A stretch of 63,587 nt of DNA, the filler included, from Octopus bimaculoides (taxonomy: Eukaryota), in NCBI RefSeq assembly GCF_001194135.2. It is 4 parts of 4 records of this genome, joined end to end, with 100 filler letters (N's around TTAATTAATTAA, not from the genome) between each part and the next. Parts side by side here need not be neighbours in the genome. Positions count along the whole stretch, not along the records: positions 1 to 28,058 come from NC_068992.1; 3 more parts are not named here. One strand, given 5' to 3'. Position 1 is the first letter of the stretch. Each line of letters opens with the position of its first letter. Positions 13,335-26,782 of this stretch are shown piece after piece. A program made the position numbers and the translations under genes. The notes under the pieces are model-generated. The model was not told the DNA's origin, searched no databases, and saw only the letters and a program-made list of their open reading frames with translations.

Positions 13335-14799
13335 TTATATATATATATATATAATTCTAAATTTCAGATGTTATAATGAATATTTATATATGTATATAAG
13401 ACCTCGCTTACGCACGATCACAAATAGTCATTGTAATAATGCGAGACAGTATTGTAAAATTTCAACTATCAATAATTATAAATTTAATAAAAATCTATGT
13501 TCTCATTGAATTTTTACTGAATTAGTCGGTATCTTATATGAATTCATAGATTACATATCGGTTTGCAGCCTTTGTTAGTTAAAGTTAAGTTATTATTTAC
13601 ATATTTATGGAATAGAGTAATCACTGGAAATTTTTGATCGCTTGTATTTTAAAACATTGCTGATATTATGTGTACTTTATGCATATATATTAAACAAAAT
13701 AATTCTAAAATTGTGTTATATCGGTTTTGGAACGAGCATCAAATATACATAAAAATAGTTAATGAATCTATGGAAGACCGAAGTAAAAATGCAAAACATT
13801 CCACATTATACCAACTTGAAGATAATTAAATGAACAATAAACATTTTCTATGCAATGACTGATAAAAGATTGCGTGACAACCGCCGTAGAACAAGTGGTA
13901 AACATCTTACCAGTCGATTGTACAACCCTGTTCCACTTTTGCTATGCCATATATAAGATAGCTAATGGAGAAAGCAATTGTTTAGCTCTAGATTACAACT
14001 GATCGAACAAATCTATGAACAAAGGCGTTCGAGTTATTGCTATCTCGTTTATTAGAATAAGTCTACCTATATCTAAAGCTTCCTTCTTGTTTCTATAAGT
14101 ATAGTTATACAGACTGATTTCATAAAGATTTACCACAGATATTTCTGTGGGGTCAAGCAGCCGTGTTTATGTTTCCTTGTTTACTTGAAGGCTAGAGCTT
14201 AACATGTTCAATATAAAGCTATGTCTTTAAGTGAGGGAAAATTAATTTGTATTAAATCATAATGAAAAGATAAGCGGGCTGTTAGGTTATCCGTGCTTTA
14301 CTCCGTGTGAGAAACCTTCTTAAAAAAATAAAGCACTTGAGTGCGGCTCAAGTCAATGAAGAGAAACAAATATAATAGACTGAGCGGAAAGTTTTAGAGG
14401 TAAAGAATGAACACCCTCCTTACGCTCTCAGACTCATTGACGTTAGGTACTTCTGCACTGACAGCTTCATTGGTGTTAAGTACTTCTGCACTGACAGCGC
14501 CTTAGGTAGTGGACTCGTCCGTTAGATTCTTTTCTGGTCGATACTTCATCACATGGTATATACATACGGTTGTAGCATTGCCAGTTCTTGATAAATCCTA
14601 AGGAAGTGCTGTTAGCCGGGCCTGTCGGAGATAATACAGGCTACGGAAACTTTTCTGCGTGCATTCATTCACTGCCCGAGTATTGCTGAAAGAAGGATTT
14701 ATAACGAACGTATCACTGCCTTCCTTCGGTGGGGTGAGTAGACATTTTTTATAGACATTTTTTATATGCTGTCTTTTGTGAAAAATATCGGACGCGATA

Positions 14800-16330
14800 C
14801 ACATAGAGATGACCGGCATTACTTTACAGTGCTTGGAACAAAAATTATCTCAGTAGAGCCTGCAGCTGGACACCAGGAAATGTGGGTCTATTCCGCCCCA
14901 CAGCTTCGTTAGACACTGGACAGATGGTTCGGTTAAACTCCTAAGTGTTTGCTTTGATCCAGACCTTTAGGTAGACAAGAACAGGGAGACGTGTTGTTAG
15001 TAGTAGCTTGTGTCTCCCAGAAATGGGCTTAGAGGAAACTATCCCTAAGGGTCGGATGGAGGTGGCGAATGCCTACATCGAATCTATAATCTACTATCTT
15101 CCGATATCTGTGGAAGGAATACGCTTCCTCGGTCAAACGGTGCATTTATCCTCAGTATCCACCTCGTGGAGAACCGAGCATGACTTGGCTGAAGATGTGC
15201 AGAAAGTCGTTGTGACTGCGACATCTGCAACATTTTCTTGAAGATGTGCTGGTGCAGCCGGCATTCATTAGACGCGCTTTTCGACAGCTTGCTTCCTTGA
15301 CAGCTGCAGTTCTGGATCGAGCATAGATCAAGGCAGTATGCTTGGCACTTTAACTGCCATCTGGCGCTCACAGCCTTCTGCCAGTCAACATGCGGTCCTT
15401 TGATGTTTCATCACAGCGTTATGTATTGTATTAGCGGTGAGGGGATCTTGTTCAAAACGGGGGCACCAGTTTTCATTAATGTTTTACGTAGTGTTTTTGG
15501 TACCGAAAGACTTTCAAACTTCGTATACTTATCTATTTTGTGTTATAGAACAGAAAAAAATGTTTGTATTCGAATTAATTTCATGTAAAAAATTGTCTTA
15601 TTTCGATAATTTCAACAAATCACTGACAAGTATTCAGCTGTTTACACTTACTCCTTTGGCAGTTTAAGCGGTGTAAAGCGTATTTAATCTCCATTTATAA
15701 TTTCGTTAACATCTGCCTGAACTGTATGAAAGGTTTATTAGCTACTGCCTAACCCTAACCCTAACCCTAGTGCCAATATGCTTCAGCCATTTTTTGACAA
15801 GGAAATAATAATTTTATCACCGCCAGAATCGTTTGAGAATCGTTTGTTTACGTAGTCAGCAACTAATGTATACGGCTGAATGGACGTCAGTCATTGGTTG
15901 AAATTACAGAAATACGACAACTTTAACATGAAATAACTTGCGATGTACGTTTTTTTGTTAAGAAGACTAAGAGAAAAAGATGTTTTATATGACACATTCT
16001 ACCAGTGTCCCAAGTTTCAAAGTGTTTCGTTAAGAAAATACTGGTGCCCCCGTTTTGAACAAGATCCCGGTGAGGAAGAGTGATGACATCCTCGTAGAGA
16101 ATGGGCGTCGATAAAAAAACAACTGGCTTGTTTTTTCATAAAGTATTTAATGCTTTGCCTTTGGGATAATTTTCAGAAATCTTTAACCTGGCATTGATAC
16201 CAGGGGAACATAGCAGTTTGGAATAAATTGTACATGCATGGCAGTACTGAAAGCTGTGCCTGCTCAAGATGCGCGTAGTGCAGCTAAAGCATTCTGCATA
16301 CGCTGCTATTAATGCATCATACAACATGCC
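14800..16330 (+). pseudogene. Decayed Tx1/L1-clade non-LTR retrotransposon ORF2 (RT C-terminal part and zinc-finger region), interrupted by a MITE
   Basis: Frameshifted peptides SFVRHWTDGSVKLLSVCFDPDL, QKWA*RKLSL/KGRMEVANAYIESIIYYL and LRHLQHFLED; after the MITE, DNFQKSLTWH*YQGNIAVWNKLYMHG..C..C....H. These resemble the L1/Tx1 W..R.LSL.GR...N motif and the zf-RVT region. Confidence 0.75.
15442..16068. mobile_element. Non-autonomous DNA transposon (MITE), 627 bp, ~29-bp TIRs, 6-bp TSD GGTGAG
   Basis: Left end gggatcttgttcaaaacgggggcaccagt and right end actggtgcccccgttttgaacaagatccc are perfect reverse complements. ggtgag lies at 15436-15441 and 16069-16074. Internal ctaaccctaaccctaaccct at about 15750. 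Confidence 0.92.
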
Positions 16331-16729
16331 TTTCGATATGTTCTTTAACTCTACATTCCGAGTTCACACCTCGCTGATGTCAATCTTGTTATTCATCCAT
16401 CAGGCATTTATAAAATGATGAGCAAGTCACGAACTAATTCAGGTAGTATCAATAACATAACTCACTTCAAAACAATTTGACCCCTATTTTCAAGTAGAAC
16501 AAAAATATTAAAACATGGGATTTGTAGAATCAATAGAGCGTCCAACAATGCCTTATAAAATTTGATTACAACACTTCAAATTTTATGTTCAAACCCTAGT
16601 CATTCCGACGTTCTCTATCATCCTTCAAAGCTTCATAAAATAAATTGCCAGTAATAGATTGGGGGCAACGCTATCTACCAGTTCCCTTCCTCAAAATATC
16701 TATGACACTGTGTCTAAATCAGAAAGGAA

Positions 16730-16761
<32 letters not shown>

Positions 16762-16865
16762 GCAGCTGAAACGTTGTGTTAACAACAAACATGATGATGA
16801 CGAATATCCGTGAAATGTAAATAATGCAAATAAAGTACAAAATTCCACATCTCTTAAATATAGAA

Positions 16866-16867
<2 letters not shown>

Positions 16868-16942
<75 letters not shown>

Positions 16943-16965
16943 TGATGATGATGATAATAACAATA
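16868..16965. repeat. (AAT)n(GAT)n microsatellite at the 3' end of the adjacent LINE
   Basis: Direct reading. Confidence 0.95.
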
Positions 16966-16967
16966 AT

Positions 16968-18468
16968 GTTGCTTACGTTATTGCTTGGTTTTATACGAGT
17001 TCTCAAAGTATCACCAAGAGACTTCAAGTGACAGCAAGTTGGACTTTTTACTGCGAGTGTTATTTATGAGTAGCAATGATATATTGTCGGGAGAGGAGAC
17101 CAAATTCTGAGAAGTAAGATTTCATTAAATATTTGTTATAATATTAGTGATTTTGAAAAATTTTATACGATTCAGATATTCTCAGGTTGATAATATTTTT
17201 CTTAGGATGTGGGCATTGCCCAAGAGAACAATTCCTTGTTGTTCTGAAAGTTCTGGTTTTCTTGGTACCTGAACATGTTATTTAAGAATGTCATTTGCTA
17301 TTTTCCTCAAGGCTCCTATATTCTCAGGTACACTTGTCCTTCTTAGACGCCATAGTTTTGAGATCTCTATTCCAATGTCAATGCATTTACATAACTTTTC
17401 AAACGTTTATAAGGAAGTGTTGCACTCTATTGGGGTTGATATATCTATGAGAAAACGTTTTTCACTGTGGTTTTGTTTTTCCACAATATCTGGCCTAATG
17501 GCCTGAGTACCTCGATCAGTTTAAATACTAAACTCCCAAAGAATGATAATGTTTATATTTTGTACTACTTTGGTAATGATATGTTCCTACCAGTTCTTTT
17601 CTTATGAGAATTTAAGCTGACGGTATATAGTCCAGTTCAATCCTATCATTGTGATTTGTAATGTCAGTTGAGGCTATTCGATTCTATGGTTGTAACACAA
17701 TAGACTCAGGAAGGGCCAGTACCACTTCAAGAATGTTAGCTTGGTAATTTCTTGTGGCGAGGAACTGATTCTGAATTACTACAATGAAGCCTTCTGTTTC
17801 TCAGTTGACTCCAAGTGCAGCGTTTCACTAGTCAACAACAGAATAGCTGCCCATTGTAGGGTATTTTCCATGTAATGCCTCACTTTTCGATCTGCTACGC
17901 AACTGTGAAATTCCATTTCATTTAGTTTATTCGTTTTCCTTTCACAGTGAGTTTTTATGTTTCATCTAGTTGAGCCTGCACTTTGCTGATCCTTGCTTAT
18001 TACTTTACTTCCTCAGAGCTTTTTGGTACTTTTATGATTGCAAAAACGTTCACGCATTCGGTCATTTGTAATCCGTATGTTGGCGTTTAACCCAGTGTCT
18101 GCTCTCTTCGGAAACATCTGCAGCTGCATCAATCCACATCCTCCACCCTTTCGTAGAATGTATTAAATGTCTAGGTCTACCTTTGTGTGATACATGCGGT
18201 GCATATGCAGGAAACGTCCGTATTGTTGTGTAAAATCTCACTGATCTCATTCATTTTATTATATCGAAGCTGTAGATTACAACAGATACAGCCAGGTTTT
18301 TTAGGGTATCAATCATGTCTTTCACCTTACGTACCCTTATTAGATACCTCTAATACAACTATACTATTCTTCCATTTTTTTTACCCGCAAAATTGTGGAT
18401 GTTAGAAGTCATAACCTTCACGCACAAACACACACACTCACACACACGCACACTCACACACACATACG

Positions 18469-18514
<46 letters not shown>

Positions 18515-19330
18515 CCTAAACAGGTTTAATTCTTTCCTGGATATAATACTTTCATGACAGTAGACTTTACTTTTGGTATGTTGCATATTTTTAAAAGTTT
18601 TCCTGCGAAGGATGTCGCTTCAAGGCATTTATGAAGGTGAAAATGTATTTAGATATAGACATTAAAACCTTTTTACCAGAAGCAAAAACCGTTCCAGTTT
18701 TGAGCAAAAAGATTTAGATCATTATGTAAATTAATTTGTCTGTCGTAAATCCTGTATCTATGTTCTATGTCATTTCACAGCTTACTTAGGAGAATGACAA
18801 ACATGTAAAACAGAAAAGCTAATACGGAATCACCTTGAAAAATGCTGTCGTTTAATTCTATATCATCCACTTTCGGGGCCCCTGCCTCTGAATTCAGAAT
18901 TAGGAACTGACTTCTAGTTCTCCATTCTATTTGACCAGTAACCGAAGAGATTTTATGAATTTCAAGTAACGATGTCAGATGTTTTTTGTAACTAATCAAT
19001 GCGATAGAAGGATTTTGTATCGTTTATGGACGTTCTGTAGAGTCCTTTTATTGATTAAAAGCAGGTCTTTTCCAGTCGTATTTACAGGCTTATAGTAGTT
19101 ATGTTCGTCGATGTTATATTGTTATCCATCAAGAGAGAATACTTATATTTAATGATGGTGGATGTTGGTATCTTATACATGGATATAACACATGTTATTG
19201 GCCTATAGTTTTGACGTTTATTAGTTTTCTTACTTTTGGCGAATAAATAAGCTACTCCATTTTAGATCCAGGAAAGGATTTTCCCGGGTTCATACACAAT
19301 GCTATCGTACAATTGCTCAAGATCTCATGG
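16968..19330 (-). pseudogene. Degenerate R4/Dong-like non-LTR retrotransposon (RT plus RLE endonuclease plus 3' UTR)
   Basis: Minus-strand peptides: NYRPITCVISMYKI, KDLLLINK, IFQGDSVLAFLF...LSKL, NLAVSVVIYSFDII, LHGKYP, ETEGFIVVIQNQFLATRNYQANI, IRPDIVEK..RFLIDISTP, IVLLGNAHILRKILST*. Many stops and frameshifts, with a (CA)n insertion at 18425-18512. Weaker N-terminal similarity may extend to about 20500. Confidence 0.85.
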
Positions 19331-21054
19331 AGTGTAGAGAGAAAATTCAACTAGAAGACTTAGAAAATTGTATTTGTATGTTGCGGTATTTGTATCATCT
19401 TTTTGGGTTCTGTGTCCAACCAGAATCGATACAATATTATTACTGGTGTTTATATTATCAACTAAATCCTGATTTCAAATTCATTATCGCGTGCCTGTAT
19501 ATCATACAGCTATCTTCGTCATGGAAGTAATCATCAACACATCCTCCTTCACCTTCTGCTTCTTCTCTATCTCCTCCGCCCCTTCTTCTTTCTCTCTTCC
19601 TTCTCCTCTACCTCCTGCTTGCTTACAATTAATTGATTGATGGGACTCCACCAGCATGATGTCTTCTTTGTCCCTGAGGTGTGCAAAGTATTGTCTTTCG
19701 GGGCTTAGAATTGCTTCAAGATGATTTCAGTATTTATCTTAAATTGTTGTGGAGGACACGTGTCAAGTATTGTACAGGATTTTGTTGAATCCTGATTAAT
19801 TAGTGAATACATTGTTGTTGTGTTCTCTTAAGATACACAATAACAACGTGACTTGTTGGTGTTACTCTTTTGGATGATACATACGTAGGCGCATATATTA
19901 AGTTATTCTAGTGAAGGAAATTCTGCCCATAGTGTGTTTTTTTCTTTACTGCACGTGTGTGCGTGAGTATGTCTGTAGTGTCTGTGTGAATTATGCTTTT
20001 CTCCTCAAGGTCCTGAAACTGCAGGGAGTGTTGTATTAATATATTATTGAAATTAAATAGGGCATCGGTTGTACGTACAGAATCTGATATTTCATTTCCC
20101 TTGTTCATATTAATGTCTTCCGCAATATGCCGTCTCTATCTGGCAGGAATAGGTTCTTCTTGATTTTGTATTGAGATGTTAGTCTTAATACGGTTCTTTC
20201 TCATTTTTATTATTTTTAGTCTTCTGTTTCCTATTTATGATATTTTCAATTTCATACGCAATATTCCACAAATTTCATTTTCACGATTGCTGTTCTTTAA
20301 CAATTCGTCTAACAAGAAATATTGTTGCTATGGATTTACCACTGACACATGGGTTTCCAATCTGTTTGTGCTTCATGCCCGGCAGTATAGGCTTTGAATG
20401 ATGTCAATAGGTTTTAATCATGTTTCTTTCGACATGTTAACTCTGTCCTCTGGTAAGTTATTTCTTTTTCTACAGTTCTCACCACTGTAAATCATAGAAA
20501 TATGGCTACACTAAACATTTCATAATTTTTTATAGCAGCAAAGAGACGTGTGATCAACTGCAGAGTGGTTGAATTTTACCAGACATATGCCGCAGAGCTT
20601 TGAACAATAGAGGTTGTCGGGTTATTGAAACCGTTGTCTGATATTTCAGATTTAGCATTCAACGTCCATGAACAGATAACTGTTTAACATTTGTGAATAC
20701 ATTCAATCCATTGTCTTTAACAAGAAATATTAAAATAATGCTGTTAATGATGACATGAGAAGTTACATCCAGTTGTGTTTAAAATAATCATAATAATAAT
20801 TGTTTATAAGTATTTATAATTGTTTATGATTATTAATACGACCTGAAATTTATGGGAAGAAGAGAAAGTAGAAAAGGTAGTAGACTTTTATTTCATTTCA
20901 TCGACATCAGATGAAAAGCAAACTTGACATCGGTAGGATTTGAACGCAGAAGGTATCGAGTCAGAATAAATAATATGAATCTGTTTCTCAGTCGATTAGC
21001 CAATCAATTTAGGAGCTACAACAACAATAATAACATTGATAATGTTGATGATGA

Positions 21055-21268
21055 TAACAATCGGACTTTCTGCTGTTGGCACAAAGCCTGAAATTTCGGG
21101 GAGGGGATAGGTCTATTACATCGACCCCAGTACTAAACCGCTACTTATTTTAGCAACCCGGAAAGGATGAAAGGCAAAGTCAACCTCGTGGAAATTGAAC
21201 CAAGAACGTACAGACGCATAAAATACCGCTCGGCATTTTGTTGGGTTAACGATTCTGCCAGCTCACCG
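21055..21268 (-). mobile_element. tRNA-derived SINE, family C
   Basis: Reverse complement of the family C consensus seen at 46906 (gctggcagaatcgtta ... gaaaggatgaaaggcaaagtc), with the ggcacaaagcctgaaattt tail. A further degenerate copy lies at about 20880-20995. Confidence 0.8.
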
Positions 21269-21284
21269 ATTTAATGAGAATAAT

Positions 21285-21822
21285 AGCCCTGATGCAGTAC
21301 CAGGCAGTGGCGCTCATGGCTTCTGATCTTAATTGATTGGAAGTGTTATCATGCACATTGTTTTGTCTTAGTATAAAAAGATGGGCTACAGCTAATATTC
21401 TGCTTAATACCACAGATTTCCTTGTCGGTTGCTTGACCATAACCAGTTGAGCATGTCCCTTAGTGGCTGATGATATGTGCATCTCTAATCACAAGCAGAG
21501 GTAGTGGGGGAGCATCATAGTCGTGTGTTGAGAGGAATTCTTTGGAGTTTGGATAATTCGCCATTGGAAACGTTGGTGTTTTGTTCAACATCCTTAAGCA
21601 ACCCTCATTCAGAGACCTTTTTAGCGGGATGGGCTACTCGACCTGCAGAAAAATTTAGCTAGGCCTCACCTGCAAGGTCATGTGCTGTTTATCTTGATGT
21701 GAGATCACTATGTTGCACGTGCCTGGTGTATCCTTATGTGGCGGGTAGTCATGATGGGTATACTGGGCATCGTATATCTTACCCCAGTGTCACTTTGATG
21801 GCAAGGACTACTCTCTCACTCA
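21285..21822. mobile_element. ~540-bp putative interspersed repeat bounded by AAT tracts, class unknown
   Basis: GC-richer block from gccctgatgcagtaccaggcagtgg to ctctctcactc, with aataata on the left and (AAT)n on the right. No ORF and no second copy in the window; recognised only from recollection of octopus repeats. Confidence 0.45.
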
Positions 21823-21899
21823 ATAATAATAATAATAATAATAATAATGACAACCATCATACTATTCTAATATCCAGGAATCCTGGAATGTTATAGGAT

Positions 21900-24030
21900 T
21901 ATTGAAGGTAGCAGGCACATTGTTGTGTATCATGATGGAAAATTTACCTCAGATTAGAAATTGAAGAAATATAAAGAAAGAACAACCAAGAATGACAAGA
22001 ACTGACATATCAACACCGGATGGCTAACAATGATTTCAGGAATTAGGAGAATGTCTCCAGCATAGTTAAAATAAGGATGAGCAGGTATCCCTTTGGGAAA
22101 AGCGGATATTAAGTAAGATTAGGGATTTAGGAAATATATAACTTAACTGCCTTTGAGGAATCAGGTTGAATTAAGGAAAAAGAAGAGAAACGTATATTAG
22201 CAAAAATGCGTCACATATAAAAATGGAATTGGTACAAAGATTGAAAAAGTAAAGCAGAGAGGAAAGGCAAAAGCTACTAAAGTAAAGAAATAATAAATAT
22301 ACGAGTAAGTAAAAGCAACTTTTTCATTCAAACCAGAAGAGTCTTTGTGAAATTCGTGAAGGAAATGAGAGAAATTATAAAGCTGAATATTAAAAAAACT
22401 CGAGAAATTTAGGAAGATATGCCAGGCATATTAATAAAGCACAGTTGTTAAATCAAGTAAAAAAATAAATTGAATTTTTGAGCCGAAAAAAGATGTTTTC
22501 ATCACGAACACAAATATTTGAAAGTCATGTGAAAAAAAAAGATTGGCAAACTACCGTTCTTGTCCAAGCTTATTGGCTGAAAGTATTCACAAGTCTCCAT
22601 GAAACAACAGTGAGACAAAAACAAAACGAGTGTTTATCGAATGTAGATGTTAGTCTGTGGTTAAGTAATGGAATATCTTACTTGATACTGATAAGCAAAC
22701 TAGAAAGTAATGCCCCGGCAGATTCCCGTCCAATTACATGTCTATCTCTAATATCGAAATTCTTGAATTGCAGAAGAGGAACGAGTAAGTTGTAGAAAAA
22801 AGAGAAAATGGACAAAAGACTCGGAGAGATTGATGAATTTGTTCAGTCCATAGATCGATTATGGAAAAGCATAAGAGCATCACACTCGAAAATCAAGCAA
22901 AATTATTGAAGATCTTGAAAAATGTTTGATGTCTGTCCTAAAATGTCATGCGATTTCAGAGGGTTGAGTTGACGTCGGAAAGATATATACAGGCTTGAAT
23001 TGGGACCCTGAAAGGAAACAATCTGTGTTCTGTCTTGGTTGTAATAATGCTGCTCTCTTTGTCCCTGTTTCCAAACAAATACAAGGTAGGACATACTTTA
23101 GGAAAGAACGGGGAAAAGTGATATCTCTCTCATTTATGGAGGAATAAAAGCTTCATGGTAAAGCTAATCTCTAATTGCATCCCTTGGTAAAAAAACTGTA
23201 ATTATATTTAGTATTAGCATTGCAATGAAAATCAGAATCGAGAAATGCGCTATGAGGATGATGTGCAATGGGGAAGTTCATAAAATTAGGATCAAATTCG
23301 TTATGGGTAAAAACATTTTAAAATTATAAACGTAAAAGAAATATATAAACATCTGGGTATGGTAAAATGTGACAAAATTAAAAGTATAGAAATAAAGTAA
23401 ATCATCAGTAAAGAATATATTTCAAAATGAAAATTATGAAATCTAACTTAAATGAGGGAAATATCACGAAAATCAAATCACTTGACAGCAATATCACCAA
23501 CCAGGTATGGAGTAAAAGTTATTTGTTAGAGGAACAATGAGCAGAAGTATTACGGCGGGAAAACGGTAAAGTAACACGTAATAAATCTCCAAACAAATGC
23601 TGCCGGGTTATGCAATTTATGAATAAAAGATGGAAGAGTATTAAGGATAGAATATAACTAAACAAAAACAAGTCCAGGTTTCTGTACAGAAGGCGAAGTA
23701 CAGCCCTCCTTAAGTAGATATTATGAAGATAACTATTTGCAGTGTTTGAAATCCAAAATAGAAAAGAACAGTTGCATGCGGGAAAAGAAAAACTGGCATT
23801 GCGGGAAATGAGATTCATGCAGTGGTTTTCAAAAAGGCAATAGAATTCAAGAAGGACAACGGGATCTGTTCCTGGTTAAGGAAAAAACCATTGAAGAAAA
23901 ATCTGTAAAGAACGATTTTAGCAGCATAGAAACCATATCATAAGGATAAAACTGATCAAGAGAGTGAGAAATTAACAGATCCTATCACCCAAATCTGACC
24001 TGCATGCTGTTAGTTAACACATTTAGCTAA
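21900..24030 (+). pseudogene. Highly degenerate R4/Dong-like retrotransposon RT
   Basis: KKDWQTTVLVQAYWLKVFTSLHE..QNECL..WLSNGISYLI..SRPITCLSLISK (consensus NWKAPG.D..GYWLK.FTSLHE...NYRPITCL); also MKIRIEKCAM, YKHLG..D.IK and MKSNLNEGNI. Confidence 0.75.
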
Positions 24031-24829
24031 CATGATAAATGAGATGGACTCGTATACAAATGACGTAGTAAAATAAATAACACAAAGATTTTTTTCTATA
24101 TGGACAACCTCAAGGCACATACTGCAGGTGATAAACAACTAGATAACCTTCTGCAGAGAGTATATGGATTTACTAAAGAAATTATATGAAAATCAGACAA
24201 AAAAAAAAAAAAGAAAAGAAATGCATCAAAACAACGCAAAAGAGAAGCAAAGAAACAATGAATATTAATATGTTAAATAGAACTAAGATATACAAATATT
24301 TCGAAATAAATGAATTTTTTCTTTTATGTATGTCTTTTTAAAAAGACATACATATGAAAATAAATATTAAGAATAAATATTGTAGACTTATTAGATTAAT
24401 ACTTCAGCCAGAGTTAAATGCAAAACAAAATGAAGGTAACAGAGATCAATATATTGTAACTGCCTCAATAATGAGCTATTAATCATCATATTCTAAATTG
24501 AGCGCAGAAAGAAATAAGAAAAATATTATTGGCTTCATCTAGAAACAATATTTGATAATTATTGCAGAATATAGAAAACTAATACAAAATAATAAAAAAA
24601 GTAATATAAAAATAATAGCCTGAGTAGTGGTGCAGGAACATCGACAACTGAATAATGGAAAATGAAATACAAACAATTAAGAAGCAATTACAAAACAATA
24701 ATCTCGTTTCTGTCATCAAAGCCAACAAACACCTGGCATGTAGAAATTAACATTCGTTATACAAAAGAAAAATGTACAGTTCTTGAAAACATCTAAAATC
24801 TATGTTAAAAATTAAGCTACAGAATGCCA

Positions 24830-25480
24830 TTTTAACATGGTGCCGAGAAAAGCAGCTACATGGCTAATAACTGAAAAAGCTGAATACAATAGGATTGGAA
24901 GAGATAAAATCGCAGCACATCTGCATTAGCTAGAGTTTCAAAGCTAAGACTGAATGAATCATAGTTGAATCAAAAGATAAATGCTACCTTAACCAAAACT
25001 ACTAAAAATCAGTAGTAAATCAGATTCCAGGGACTTACAATTATTGTGCTGGTCAAGAAACACCCTCAACCTTGTCAGTGGCTTCTCGGTGAAAATTATT
25101 ACAACTCTGTGGTACCTGTGGATATATTCCTAACAAAGATAACATCTCCAGTCGTGACAAAAGATGTAGTTCCAAATATTTGAATTCATGCTATCATTTT
25201 GAAATACAACAGACTTTAAATGGACTTGTCACACACCAAAATATATTTCAAATGATGAGAAAGTAGCCATACACAGGGATATGTCAATACACGAAGAGTG
25301 CGAAATGAAGATGCAGTGACCAAATAGTATTATCAATGACCACTAGGAAAGGAAATATTTCTTAATGAGAGTACCAAACCCGATAGAAGTTAATGTATTC
25401 CGTGGTGACTCGCAGAAAAGCACTAAAAATGAAAATCTAAAAATAGAGTTAACATGAATGATTGGGATGGAAACTGAAAC
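24830..25480 (+). pseudogene. Degenerate C-terminal fragment of another R4/Dong-like RLE retrotransposon
   Basis: Patches EKQLHG, ET(P)Q.LVSG, HTPKYI.NDEKVAIHRDMSIH and ENLKIELT, resembling the CCHC-to-RLE region. Confidence 0.55.
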
Positions 25481-25654
25481 AGCTTGGAAATGATAAATTA
25501 TATATAGAAAGAAGAAATATTGAAAATCAGTATATTTTATTTTTTATACGATAGAAATAACAACACTAAGACAAAACAGCGTAAATGAGCAAGGAACACA
25601 ACTGCACTCGGTAATGCAGTAAAAGTAAAAAATGAAATGGAAACGATGGCAAAA

Positions 25655-25906
<252 letters not shown>

Positions 25907-25911
25907 TGCAT

Positions 25912-26782
25912 GTGCAGTCTGCTTGCGCCTACAGAGTATCTCAACAGGCATGATAGAGCTGCACAATATATTCACTGGGTAATATGCAAAAACCTGGACT
26001 TGCCCCATGATAAAAACTGGTGGGAACACAAACCACCCCCAGTACTTGAAAATGATCACATTGCACTCCTCTGGAACTTCACCATTCAAACTGACAGAAA
26101 GATAGACGCAAATAGGCCAGNNNNNNNNNNNNNNNNNNNNNNNNNNNNNNNNNNNNNNNNNNNNNNNNNNNNNNNNNNNNNNNNNNNNNNNNNNNNNNNN
26201 NNNNNNNNNNNNNNNNNNNNNNNNNNNNNNNNNNNNNNNNNNNNNNNNNNNNNNNNNNNNNNNNNNNNNNNNNNNNNNNNNNNNNNNNNNNNNNNNNNNN
26301 NNNNNNNNNNNNNNNNNNNNNNNNNNNNNNNNNNNNNNNNNNNNNNNNNNNNNNNNNNNNNNNNNNNNNNNNNNNNNNNNNNNNNNNNNNNNNNNNNNNN
26401 NNNNNNNNNNNNNNNNNNNNNNNNNNNNNNNNNNNNNNNNNNNNNNNATTGTCATAGGTGCCCTGGGAATGACAGCGAAACGGGCTGATTACTACCTAGC
26501 TCAGATACCAGGAAACTCCAAAATGGCTGAAGTCCAAAAGATAGTGCTCATGGGAACTGCCCATATCCTACGTAAAATACTGTCTATGTGATCTCAAATT
26601 TTAAAGCAAACATAATTTTCTTATGGTTTCTTAAACATTCACTTGAACAAAACTGTACAAATCCAAATATATGGTACCCTAGGCATAACACCTACATGAA
26701 CTTCTAACTTGTTGTCTCTTGAGGTCTCTGGGTGAGACTTGGATCCAACTTGTACAAATGCAAAACAAAAATCAAACATAAA
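25912..26782 (+). mobile_element. Young 5'-truncated R4/Dong-like RLE retrotransposon (CCHC tail, RLE domain, 3' UTR) in a (TAA)n tract
   Basis: CSLLAPTEYLNRHDRAAQYIHWVICKNLDLPHDKNWWEHKPPPVLENDHIALLWNFTIQTDRKIDANRP, then a gap, then IVIGALGMTAKRADYYLAQIPGNSKMAEVQKIVLMGTAHILRKILSM* (26448-26591). No stops in the sequenced parts; (AAT)n on both flanks. Confidence 0.92.

Noticed and set aside
14442-14498. 24-bp direct repeat with 33-bp period (gtta.gtacttctgcactgacagc)
   Set aside because: Only two copies; a simple local duplication, not a CRISPR array.
15748-15769. CCCTAA repeats as a telomere or chromosome fusion scar
   Set aside because: Only about three units, located inside a TIR/TSD-bounded MITE.
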